Shown piece after piece: positions 27,506 to 40,202 of a DNA stretch of 52,465 nt. The notes beneath the pieces were generated by a model. That model saw nothing but the letters and a program-made list of their open reading frames with translations. It was not told the origin of the DNA and did not search any database. The stretch covers positions 1 to 52,465 of the forward strand of contig JAAOMT010000270.1 in assembly GCA_016748015.1 (NCBI GenBank). Reading direction: 5' to 3'. The stretch is from Geosiphon pyriformis uo1 (taxonomy: Eukaryota > Fungi > Glomeromycota). Each line of letters begins with the position of its first letter. Position 1 is the stretch's first letter. A program made the translations under genes and the position numbers.

Positions 27506-27643
27506 ATTATGATTAAATCTTCTACTTTTTAATTTGTATTTATTTACTTATTAATAATTAGTTATATGTATTAGTTACTAATATCATTAATTAACCATTT
27601 TATTTTTAAACTAGTCGTTAATGTAACTATTAACTTGATTAAT
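27506..27643 (+). repeat. ~137-bp dispersed direct repeat, copy 1 (copy 2 at 33207-33343)
   Basis: ATTATGATTAAATCTTCTACTTTTTA...TAGTTATATGTATTAG...TATTAACTTGATTAAT aligns with ATTATGGTTGAAACTTTTACTTTTTA...TAGTCATATGTATTAG...TATTGACTTGATTAAT. Confidence 0.75.
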
Positions 27644-27730
27644 AATTTAATTATTAACTTAATCATTAATCTAATCATTGACTTGATTATTGACCAAATT
27701 ATTGCTATAATTATTGACTTGATTATTAAT
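27627..27730. repeat. Degenerate 12-bp minisatellite (consensus TTATTGACTTGA)
   Basis: Eight or more consecutive 12-bp units. Confidence 0.75.
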
Positions 27731-29819
27731 TCTTTTTTAAGAGTATATAAGCAAAAACTTTTAAAAGCAAAAAAAAGTATTTACACTCGAATTACATTCA
27801 AATTAATACTATAATATTAACTTTTTTATTTGACTTTTACTATTTCTTTTTTTTTTCTTTTTTTGATTGTATAATTGTTAGTTTTTACAAAGTATATTGA
27901 ATAAATGTTTACTAAAAAGTACAATTAATTCCTGATATTGAATTTTAAGAGTGTTGACATAAAGCATAGAATTATATTAGTGTATTATCTTTTGTTGACA
28001 GTATAGACTATTTTTTTATCTTTAAACTTTCTTGTTACTTTTTGAAAAGAATAACGACTAAGATATTTATAAAACTAATTTTGCACATTAAATTTTTACT
28101 AATTCAATTCACTTATTTAAGTTGAATTACTTTTTTTATTATATTATTGTTATACAATATTGTTTTTCTTTGCTATCTATTAGCTTATTAATTCGATTAT
28201 AATAATATAAAAATTATTACAATAATTTTTCAAATACATTATAGAATTAATTTTTAATAATTTATTAGCTTATCAAAAAAGCAAAAAAATTGCCAAACTT
28301 TATTGATTGTAATTAAGTAACTTAAAAAAAACTAAATATTATCTTAACCAACTTTTGTTATTTAACCAATAAAATTAATGTTTTAATATTTTTGTTTTTT
28401 ATAAAAAACTTAACCATATCATTAAAATTTTTAATTTATTAAAAACTTTTAGAAATTAACAAAAATTTTAAAAATTATTATTATATAAAAACATTAAAAT
28501 TTTTTTATTTTATTTATATTATTTTAAATATTAAAATTTAGACTATTTAGCTTTTGATTACAAGATATTTTTATTTTTTTCTTAAGGTTTTTAGTCTTAT
28601 TAAATTAATACAAATTTTATATTAAAGCTATTGTTTTTTTGCTCTTTTTTATTATTATTATTATTATTAATTCTGTTATTGGCTTTAAGTTGGTTTTTTT
28701 AAAATTTAAGCTATCTAAATTGGTTTTATTAATTAAATCTGTTATTAAATTTATTAGTGTTTTGGTTTTTTGTGTTATAAAATTAATTAATGTTTCTTTT
28801 TTTGAATATTAAAATAAAAAAATTGCACAATTAAAAAAAATTTTGGTATTATTAAAAGAGTTATTAATAATTTAAGCAAAGAATAATAAATTTAATATAA
28901 AATATAATGTAAATAATAATAATGCTATATTTAACATAAAAAACTCAAAATATTTTGTAAATAAAATTTTTTTAGTAAAGTTTTAAACTTCTAATATCAA
29001 ATTAAATACATATATAATTGTTATATAATTAACTAATTTAATTTTAATGATAATTTTTGGTTATTATGCAAAATATGACTGTTTTAAGTAACTTTGCTTT
29101 TATAACTTTAATGTAATTTAGTTTAAACTGAACTTATATTTGATTAAATATAAAAATATATAAGTTTTATTTTTTTTAAAACTTATTTTATGATTATATT
29201 ATAATAAATAATAATTAAATTTCATATATTAATTAAAAAAATAGATACAGTACAGAACAAAATAATTTAACACTAAAAATAATTTTTAAAAAATTACTAC
29301 TAATTATTCAATTTTATCAAACAAAAAATATATTTTCATCAAAATATTTTTCTTTAACATAGGTATAATTTGGCTAGAATAATTTTTGAAAATAATTATC
29401 CAATTAAAAGTTTTAGTAATTTAAAGTTACTTTTTTTTTAAGTTTATTTTAATTTGGCTGAACAAGTAAAATAATTTTGATTGACTAAATTTTAATTCAC
29501 ATAATAGTTAATTATATGTTTATAATTAAAATGTATTTCTTAATTTACTTGAATTTTTAAAATAATATTAAAAAACAAACATGTATTTTAACTAGAAAAA
29601 AGTGCTTTTAATACTCAGCAATTTTTACAAAAAAACCTATTAGCACAATTTATAATTGAGCTGAATAGCATAAAAAACATTGAAATATTGAAAATAATAT
29701 TGATATTAGTAATATTTAATTTTTAGAAGAAGTATTAATAAATAAATCAGAAGTAAAAATTATTAATTTTAAATTCAAGCAAATAATAAGTCAAAAACAA
29801 CCATTTGTTTATACAAACA

Positions 29820-32330
29820 ATTCTGAAAGATCATATTGATAAAAACAGACCAAAAACAGACAAACTATTATAAAAACAATTTGTATTACCAATTTTTTTT
29901 CAAAATTGCAAAAAATAATAATAATAATAATGAAGATAAAGATAAAGATATAGATGATAATAAAAATAATAAAAATAATGAAAATGAAGATAAAAATAAA
30001 AATAAAAATGAAGATGATTAGAAAGAAAATATTAAAAACACAATTGAAAAAATTAATAAATAACAAAAAACCAAAAAAAGTTGAACTAGTGCAATATCAA
30101 TCTGTTATTTGGTATTTGTATCTTTTAAAAAATAGAGAAAAAAATAAGATTTTAGTAAACAATTGCAACAATTTATAAAAAAGACAAATATCGTGTTCAA
30201 TATATAAAAAAATAGGCAACAATATGCTTAGAAAATAATAATTATTTTGTACTAATATTATTATTATAGATAAAACATTATTTCAATATTTTCAAGAAAA
30301 ACACTTATTTAAATCTCTGTTTTATGATGAAATTGTATTTATATATATGACAGCTTATTTTCGATCAACAAAATTTAAATTAAATCCTTACCTAGTAAAA
30401 CAATATCTTGAGAAAAAATTTTTTTAACCTTAGATTCAACATGCTACAAACAATTAGTATTCGGACAGCATAAAAATAGATGTATTATTTTAGTTGTTTA
30501 TACAAGTGATATTAAAAAAATTTATATTAATAGTTATAAGCATTCTGATATAATTATATATCAAAATTAATATTTAAGACAAATTTCTAAGTTAAAACTA
30601 TTGATGCCCAAATAGCTTGATAAAAAATATATAATAAAAATACTGCTTGACTTGCATTCAAATCAAAAATCACATATTTTAATAATATATGATGAATTAA
30701 TATTTTTTACTTATAATAAAATATATGCTTTCTGGAGACCATATAGAGAACAACTATTAAGAAAAAAAGGTATGAATACAGACTTAAATATTAGTAAATT
30801 TTTGACAGAAAAAATTAAGTAGTTAAAAGATAATAAAAAAAAAACACAAATAATTATAGCATTGAATACAAATCATAATAAGTATTAGTATAGTAAAAAA
30901 CTGTTAGTTTAAGTATATAAATCAATTACTATCTTTGAAAAAACACACTTGAAAGCTATTAAAATATAGGTGTTTAATAATTCAATAATTTATACAGCAA
31001 TAGTATCAAATTTATTAAATACAAAAAAATAAATATATATCCTAAAGATTAATAGCCAAAAATATACTCTAATATATAAAATGATCACATTTTTATCAGC
31101 CAAAATTTGAAATATTAATTAGCACAAAATTATCTCTATAATTCTTATTAATTAACATATATTATTTTTCAAATTTATTATTATTATCTTATCAAATTAT
31201 TCAAATTATTATTCAATTAATAATCTAATTTATATAAAACACAAATGTAACCAAATTATAATGATTAGATTATATAATACACTAAACTATATAACAGTCA
31301 AAATTCGCCAAAATAACTTGTAATTTAACAAAATATATTTTTAATTCACCAAAAAATTAGAAAAAAAAAGTATTAAATCATAAAATAGTACTATAACTAA
31401 TTGTATAAAAGAAAAACATTTTTCTTTAAAAAAATATATCTTCTACTAGATATCTTTTTTTATATTTTCTTTATTTTTTTATATTATTAAGTGGTTTACA
31501 GTCAAAATTTTTTATAAAAGAGTTAACTTTTACTGTAAAGTAACTACACATTATTTTAAAAAGCTTATATATGAAAATTTTTTATAAAAAAATTAACATT
31601 TACTGCAAAGTAACTATACTAATAATTGGCAGAAAATTGGTTATTTCATTATAAGTCCAATAGTATACACAGTCTAAAATATAGAGAAATACTTTAGAAA
31701 AAAAATTAGCTTATTGAAAATTTAACAGTTTTTATTAGCAGCAGAATTAACAGCAAAATAGCATTAACAACATTAAAAAATAAGTAAAAAAATCTTCAGT
31801 AACAATGTTTAAAATATGGTTTTTCTTCTTGATTATTCAAAAGAAAAATTATGAGACTAAGTAAAAGATAAAAGTTATTTTGCGAAAACAGAGATTATGG
31901 CAAAAAAGATTTGTGACAAACTGTTAAAGATATAAGAACAAAAAAGAAAATAATATTGAAATGGTAAAATGTTGTGTTTATTGAATATTGGCTAATTAAT
32001 CAGATTTTTAAGTACAACAAAGATTAATACAAGAAGAATTGGAAAAAAAGGACACAAAGTAATTTTTTATCTCAAGTTCTATTAGAAACTTAATTATATA
32101 AAAATGTATTAAGATACCGTAAAAACATATACATAACAAATTTGTAATTATTTCTGAATTGGCCTATATTATATTGTTCTTAAAGTTTTAGATTCAATTT
32201 TTAATAAAGCATATTTATGCATATATTAGACTGAGTTTTTGGTAGATAGATACATATTTAAATAGACTAACTGAAACAGCAGCTAAATATACTGTTTGCA
32301 AATAAAAGAGGTTGTTGAAATGTTTCTTAA
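29820..32330 (+). mobile_element. Decayed IS630/Tc1/mariner-type DDE transposase (fungal, possibly Sagan-like), split by an insertion at ~31092-31805
   Basis: Translated remnants KKIYINSYKHSDII (~KDIY.DGHER.DV), HILIIYDELIFF (~HILVTHDESTF), EQLLRKKG, IFEKTH, VFNNS (~FDNS); after the gap LANQSDF, GHKVIFYLKFY.ELNYIKMY* (~GHK.IFYPKFHCELN.IEMYWG), VLDSI, AAKYTV. Many stops. Confidence 0.8.
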
Positions 32331-33206
32331 CTAAAAAGTTAATAATACACAGCATATTGCTCATTATATTATTTTTGAAATATAGCCTTTATGTTTGTTT
32401 CACTTAGTATATACATATTATAACATGTTTCGTTTCTAACATAGAAGATGAATTAAAAAAGTCTTATTCTGCCACACTATTTTTATAACTTATCTTAAGA
32501 GACTATCCAAGTACTTATTTTGTTTTTGTTATTTTAGTTTTACTCTTCGAAAATCAAAATTTGGAAAAAAATTTATATTGTTGTACAGTTATATAATAAA
32601 TTTTATTGAAAGATCAAAATATCACATACTTATGCAAAATTTTGAAATTTGGCTATTTATATAAAGGAAGTATTAAGTTATGTTGTCTTGCATTGTATAT
32701 ATATTATTTTTTTAAAACTTTAAAACATAAAAAAATAAAAAAATATTAAATTTTTAAACAAAATTGCAATTATTTATAATTATTTTGAAAACTATATAAG
32801 CTTTATATATTTTTAAATTTTTAAGTTTTAACAAAATAATACAATTTTATATAAAAAAATTAGTTTTTATTTTATTTTAAACTTTTTATTTAAACAGATT
32901 TTTAATATTAATTAATATTTTATTACTAGTTAAAAGAAACAATTTTTATTTTGCAAAAATATTTAATATTAAAATATATTTTATATAATATGTTTAAATG
33001 TCCCAAGAATTTTAAATATGACAAAAAAAACCAAAACACTTGTACAAAAGTTTGGTCTTTTAAACTCAAAATTAATATTACCACAGTTATTATACATTTT
33101 ATTAGCCAAAAATTTTAGCAAATTAGCTAGCTTCAAAATAGAAACTTCACAACTTTTTTTAAATAATTTTATTTTGCTAGAGTTCAATTCTTTTGGAGGA
33201 GATAAT

Positions 33207-33343
33207 ATTATGGTTGAAACTTTTACTTTTTAGTTATTATTTATTATTTAGTCAGAGCTAGTCATATGTATTAGACACTAATTTTATTATTTAGCCACTC
33301 TATTTTAGAATTAGTTATTGATATAATTATTGACTTGATTAAT
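33207..33343 (+). repeat. ~137-bp dispersed direct repeat, copy 2
   Basis: See copy 1 at 27506-27643. Confidence 0.75.
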
Positions 33344-33419
33344 GTATTTCTTGTTTAATAAATTTTTTGTGTTAATTATAAACCAGGTCTTCAAAATCAG
33401 CAACTGAAAACTCGATTTC

Positions 33420-33840
33420 TCCTTGCAATTCATTCCAAAAGATATTAAACTTTTTGACTATAAACAATTTAATAGCATCGAAAAAGTTGGAAAGAGTGAA
33501 TTGGGAAAATTTAGTGCCAAGTTGATAAGAGGTAGTAATTTGCAATTTGAATTGAAATATTTAAAACAACCGGTGAAAAGTTATATATCTAAGTTGACAA
33601 ATTTTATTAAAATATAGTGTATATTATCAGTTACAAAGTATATTTATTATAGAAAATAACTCTTAAAATAACTTTGATTTATAAAAATGCAATTTTTAAT
33701 GTTTTGAAATTTTTGGTGTCACAAAAACCTTGGGAAAGATAGTTTTAAAGTCGATATATAAAACACATTTTTGGATTTCAATTTTAATATCGAAGTAAGT
33801 TCTCAAATTGCAATAGATTGAAATATATACATGCTGAATT
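33420..33840 (+). pseudogene. Protein kinase (TKL-type) N-lobe remnant
   Basis: DIKLFDYKQFNSIEKVGKSELG (decayed Gly loop), FELKYL, NVLKFF/GVTK, QIA..LKYIHA; frameshifts and stops. Confidence 0.6.
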
Positions 33841-36800
33841 TAAGTTAAAGTAAGCAAATAGGAAGAGTTTAGGTAGTATTTATACAATCTTTATAAATTA
33901 TTAATTAATTAATATAATGCCGTTATATTTTTCTCTTGCTTTCGCGAATAAATTTTCAAAAAATATTAACTTGTTTATTTTACAACTATTTAAGAATGGG
34001 AAAATATTTTTGAGAAATAAAAGTTTTTGTTTTTACAATATTTTTATTAATGTTTTCTATCAAATTAAATTTCATAAACTTAGAATTTTTATTATGTTTA
34101 AGTTTGGTTTGCAATAGTTTTTCGCTCATAATTTTATACTGCCAGTTCATCATAAATTTTTATTATTCAACTCGCATAGGAATAATTTTAATTAAGCGAA
34201 TTTTGGTGATTATCAACATATTAATTGATAAATTTTATTCACAAGAAATAAATTTATAAAAGGTTTTATATTTTATTGTTTTACTGAGCAAAAAATTTAA
34301 TAAATAAAACCGTTTAACGTAAAAATATAAATTCTATTTATTAGGTTTTAGTCCCATATTGTAATATTTTCTTAATGAAATTAATTATATTCATATATCA
34401 TTCAAGAGAAAATTATTACTCAAATCTCTAACTCAAAATGGTGGCCATAAACCCTTGGAAGAATTTTACAATGAGTTGCAAATAGTATCATTAATTTTTA
34501 TTCCTCTAAAGATATTAATGGCTGAAATGAATAAAAATGTCAACCATATTCTTCAATATCTTTTTGCTATTTTTAATCTGAAATAGAAAGTAGAGTTTAA
34601 GTTTTGATTAGCGATAAAAAGACCAAAGTTAATTAAAATTAACATAATTAAAATAATTATTCGGATGAATTTATAAATATTAATAATTGGTTTACTTAAT
34701 CAATAATATTGAATCAACAAGTAAAATATTAAAGATTTTAATGTAAAATAAATCTCTTTAAACTATTCTGCAACAATATCTTTATAAATTTGTTGCTACT
34801 TCTTTTTCTTGTTCTTCCCTCTCCAAACTAGTTTTTCTTTACAATTCATTTTACCATAATAAAATAAACTAATTACAATAATTCTAATTTTTATGCACAT
34901 TTTTTCAACTAAATAATTTAAAAAATTACACATTATAAATTTTCAATTAATTCGTAGATCCGATTATTAATACAATTAATTTCAAGATGCTTAAACTTTA
35001 TCAAGAATTTCTAAACTTTTAAAAATATAATCTATTTTAAAACACAGTAATATTAATTTTAACATATTTTAAATTAAATTAAGACTGCATATTGTATTAA
35101 TATATTTTGTTTTTTAATAAATAATCATAAATTTATAATTTTATTATAATACTACATTTTCTACTAACACATATTATTATAATATAAAAATACTATAATT
35201 TCATTTTTCTTAAACAATATTAGTTTTGAAAATATGGTTTAATTTATTTAAAATAAAATAAAATTTAATTCGCAAAATTAATTTATTTTAAGTGAAAGAT
35301 TTTAAATTAAAAATTATCTAAAAACTTTTTTATTATTAACAAATGAGTTTATTTCAAAAACAACATAATATAAATATTTTTAAGTCTTTAAATTTTTTTA
35401 AAAATACATATAACGAAATTTATAAAATCTAATTTTTCGAATATGGAAATGGACATGATATAACAGGGAAATAGTTGTAATTAGTGTATCACATAAAAGA
35501 GTTTCTATAAATTTAGATGATAATTGTACAGGAGTTTCAGCTAATTGTAGATGAGAATATCTATGAATATTAGCTTTATCTCTAATAAGAACATTCGGAT
35601 GTAAAATATTCCCTGCTATTTGCACTCCAATCATTTCAAATTAATTTTTATTTGGTTTAAGAACTTAACAAACATAAAACATATCATCATTGATTTTTAA
35701 GTTCCTTCATTTAACAAGTTTGCAAATTCGGAATTGAAGATTGTATTAATTTAATGTCCTCGAAAAAGGATAAAAGTTCTTTTACAATGCTTGAAATTTT
35801 CTCTTCAAATTCTTTCAAGTTCCATTGTGAATAAGTTTTTGGGATAATATATTCTGGTAATCATGACCAATGAAATTTGATGCGAATTCTTGATATACTT
35901 TTTCAACTTTTGATGTAAGAATAGACTTCTTTTGCCGAATGGGTTTCTAATTAGAACATCAATAAAATGTTATGTTGCATATGTTCTAAAAAAAACCAAA
36001 TAAAGTCTTAAAGAGTAGTTTTCACATGTATATCATTACTAATAATTACATACCACAAAATGTCTTTTTACATTTGCTGGTAATCTTTCTATAAGTTCTG
36101 AATTGTTATTTGTAATTTGACTTGCTAAGAGATTTTTCCTGGCTAATTTTTTGAATAGGTATAATATTCACGGTGGAATAAAAATGCTGACACATGCAAT
36201 ATATAACACATGATTTCACATGCGCTAATAATCATGAGACAACATTTCCATGCGATAGAATTCGTTCACAATAATCCATTTGATTATATCTAGATCTTTA
36301 AACGATAATAAGAAGAAGAAGTAAAATGTTCTGCAAATATTTCCCCTTCCCAATTCTTTTATTATTCGTTGTCTGTTACTCTATTTTATTTCACAACGAA
36401 AAATATTTGTTTATGCTATTTATTTCCTTCCCTAATCAGGAAACTAATTAAAAAATAAATTATATTCCTGTTTGCTTGAACGTTCTCCATTAGTGGTGAG
36501 GGTCTTTTTGCTATTTTCCTTACAAATAAATCAGCTTTTACATCACTTTTACTGATTTGGAAAATATTTATGCTCTTATAAACAATTGGGTGGGGATTTA
36601 AATTCTAGCCCAATTGAAAAAGCAATTTCAATGAAAATAATAAAGAATTTCATTTCTGATTTCGATTAGTTTGAGAAAAGTTTGATTTTAACATTTATAA
36701 TTTTATTTTGTTCCTCTATGTCCACGTCAGAAATCTTAGTTTTTAAGATTGTTTCCACCATCAATGAAATGAACAACGGTAACCAACCCACCCGCCCAAT

Positions 36801-38164
36801 CAATTATTCAAAAGAATTTGAGGGGGGGGGGGGGAAATAGGCAAAAGAACAGCAAGAGTTGCTGTACAAGACAATATCAAATTAAAGCTCAGATTGGTAG
36901 CCTTTGTGATTTTATAAAGAAAAAATGTGCACAATTAGCATTTTATACTAAAAGATAAAATATGTTAGATATAATGTTTATTCTCAAAAGCAGCCATAAC
37001 TTTTTGTTCAAGTTCTTTTGTAGTATCGCGGTGAGCTGGAAAATATTGCCTTATAAATTTTCTCAACAAATTATGAATTATTATACTCTATATCATATTC
37101 ATTGTAAATAATATTTGGCAAGATAATTAATTTCAACTTTTAAATTTTCAAGAATATATAAAGAATCAAGATTTCTTTTTTTTAATCGGTATTTTTTTCC
37201 CAATGAACTTGGTTTTTTCAGTGTTCCAATATCCGAAAAAGCTAAAAAATCTTGTGGGGGTAATATAATTAATCTCATCAGCAAAAATGAATATTCAGAT
37301 ATTCTTTTAATTAAATGAGAAATTCATGCTTGATCAAATCAAATCAAATCAAATATTCTAATATAATTATTTTCAACTAGATCATTATTATCGAAATAAT
37401 TTTATCTATTATATTATAATATTTTTGACGAAGCCTTTTGTGAGCTCAATAATTCTAAAATTTTATTCTATTACTTGACTTTACAGTGCCTTGATTTGGT
37501 TCCGTATTCATCAACCACATGTTGACCGATTTAAAACCAAAAAAAAACAAATAATCTCAAATTTAGTTAATTTTCTATTTCGAATTTAATTTTTTTTATT
37601 AAAGTATTCTCCAAAAAAAATTTTAATCATACATTATATTTCCTTCAAATCAAATTGAGCATCATTTATATTAGCATTTAAGAAATCAAAAACCAAATCT
37701 AATGTCGAGATTAAAACTAGCCATAAAACCGTTATAACAGAAAGGTTTCAAATCAGTTTCTATGCTCTTAACTTGTAACAAGTGAAATTTCTTACTTTTT
37801 CACAATCATAAAATTTTACTTTGATTTATTTTGTCCATAAATTTAGGCTTAATCATACTATTTTTTGATTCTAACATTTACTTATAATTTCTAAAAACCC
37901 ATACTAAAAAATCTATAACGATGATAAAATTATCTTAAGTAACCAATTTATTTGAAAAATTTGTCTATTCGAACAAAAACTAATATTTTAAAAATAGAAA
38001 CTTAGTTATTCAAACTTACTTTTTTAACAACATAATATCGGTCACCTGTCGATCAATTAATTGTATAAAAATCAGTGCTGATTTGAATTTATGCAAATGC
38101 TTTTCTCTCTCTAAAGGCTGCAGATTGAAATATCAATATTTCAAAAGCTTCTTATATTTTACCA

Positions 38165-39383
38165 ATGTCACCCCAACGATACTTTCAAGCTCTATCTAAT
38201 GATTTCGGCAATTCATTTAACAATGAGAAGTTCTCTGATGTTAAAATTATAGTTGGCGAAGCACCCAATATCAGAACTTTTCATGCTTATTCTAGAGAAT
38301 ATTATTGATTCCCTTGAAGAATATTTGATTGAGCATCATGCAAAAGAGCTAGAAAAAAATTTCGCCACTTTGCAAAAAACTTCATTTATGCATGATTCTT
38401 TCAAAAAATTACAAGAATTCTGCACCGAAATAGCTGTTAACAATCCAGCTATTGTCTTCAATTCCCAAGATTTCACCTCCCTCAGTGAAAATGCTCTTTC
38501 CTCAATTTTAACCCGGGATGACCTGAATATAGAAGAATCTGAAATATGGGAAAAGATTGTAGAATGGGGAGTTGCTAAATTGGATAACAATATTCAGACG
38601 AAAAAAGTTCTTTACTGGACAGATGAAAACTTTAACGCCTTTAAGGAATCCATTGAAAGGCTTCTACCTTTAATCCGCTTCTTTAACATATCTTCAGTTG
38701 ACTTCTATCACAAAGTAAAACCATTTGCGAGAATCTTACCTGGAACTTTTTATGAAGATCTTTTACATCATTATCTCGTACCGGGTAGTCATCAAAAGTC
38801 TGTAGACGCTCAGCCATTACGTCGTCCTCGATCAAATATTGATTCAAAGCTTCTTCAATCGCATAATATGAAACAGCTAGATCATTGGATTCAAAGCAAA
38901 GATACAAATATTCCTTTTGAAAATCAACTTGGAAATGATTTTAAATTGTTACTTCGAGGCACTCGAGACGGATTCACTCCAGCCGATTTTCATCGATTAT
39001 GTGATAATAAAGGAGCAACAGTAAGCGTAATAAAAGTGAAAGGAACTGGTCAGCTAATTGGCGGCTATAACCCACAATATTGGCACTCTCGGGATGAACG
39101 ATTAGATGGAGAAGGAAGTTTTATTTTTTCCCTTGGAGATGGCAAAGCTGGAAATGCTAAACTTAGTAAATTTGTTGGGGAAGTTGGACCTTATGGTGCG
39201 CCAAATTATGGACCCTGGTTTGGATGGGGCTGTATGCGATTAAGTGGCCATGATTTTAAAAATAATCCAGGGTCTATACGTAGAGCGACACAATATGAGC
39301 ATTCTATAATGCCTGGATCAGAAAATCAAACGGTAGAATTTTTTGTCGAAGAGTATGAAGTTTTTCAAATCATAAAAAGATAA
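38165..39383 (+). pseudogene. BTB-BACK-TLDc protein with BTB core deleted and frameshift (downstream BACK+TLDc frame open)
   Basis: ATG 38165 gives MSPQRYFQALSNDF...FSDVKIIVGEAPNIRTFHAYS then stop at 38306-38308. A different frame carries BACK (DDLNIEESEIWEKIVEWG, LPLIRF) and TLDc (FKLLLRGTRDGF, FHRLCDNKGAT, LIGGYNP, SFIFSL, YGPWFG, EEYEVF) to TAA 39383. Confidence 0.85.
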
Positions 39384-40202
39384 ATTTGCTTTTATTTACA
39401 TTTTCTAAAGCTTATGCTACCTAGATCATAAATTTTTAATGGCAGATTATTTTATTTTATTACTCCCACCATAAAGTTAAAAGAATAACACATTTCTATC
39501 TTAAATCAAAAATACTTTAAAAATTATAAGTTGAAATAATAATAATAACCTTTCAAATTTAGGTTTTATCACAGGCCAAAACCATAAAAGGCTTTTTATC
39601 TAAAGAGCATGAGAAATTTAACTTTCAAGTACATATTTGTGTTTCTCTTACCAATTAAATTTTAAATTTTAAATATTTCCTATGCGCTTTAATATAAAAT
39701 ACTTTAATAAGTATTCAATAAAAAAAATTTGAGAGCTCAAAAAAAGTAAAATTTTCTTCGTAATCTCAATTTTGCATTTTTAAAAAATAAAATTTCTTGA
39801 ATCAAAATTTCACTGATAATAGTAGTGACCAAAACCAATGTGACAAAAATAATTGCAATAAAAGCTATTAAATGTTCAATTCATTTTGAAACTTAAAATA
39901 ATTATAATTATATTCAAAAATATATACATTCCATACTTTTCCTATAAAATAATAATATTGCAACAATAGCAATTTCAATTGAATAAAATATTTATTCTTC
40001 CCAAAAATTAAATATTGAAGATTAATTCATGCTCACTCATGTTTAATTTGGACCCGAAGGCCTCATATAAAAAACTAGTATATATTAAATATTTAAAAAA
40101 TTCGTCCACTATTACTTTCTGCGAGACTGTAAGAAACTCGCATGTTTATCAAAATTAAAAACCCTTAAATTAAAATTTGCTTTAAAAGATTTAATTTTAA
40201 AG

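Larger units (their letters stand above)
23300..33350. mobile_element. GC-depleted nest of degenerate transposon relics
   Basis: Visibly far poorer in C/G than flanks, no credible long ORF, contains transposase and gag-like relics and an internal direct repeat; boundaries approximate. Confidence 0.7.

Noticed and set aside
29809-30178. Overlapping low-complexity ORFs
   Set aside because: Decayed acidic N-terminal part of the transposase relic read in several frames.
35400-36160. Possible spliced pseudogene on the minus strand (intron-like 35947-36053)
   Set aside because: Coding-like composition but no recognisable family motif; cannot support a call.
38336-38907. Minus-strand ORFs 38336-38590 and 38683-38907 (also 22078-22266)
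   Set aside because: Antisense shadows of real coding regions.
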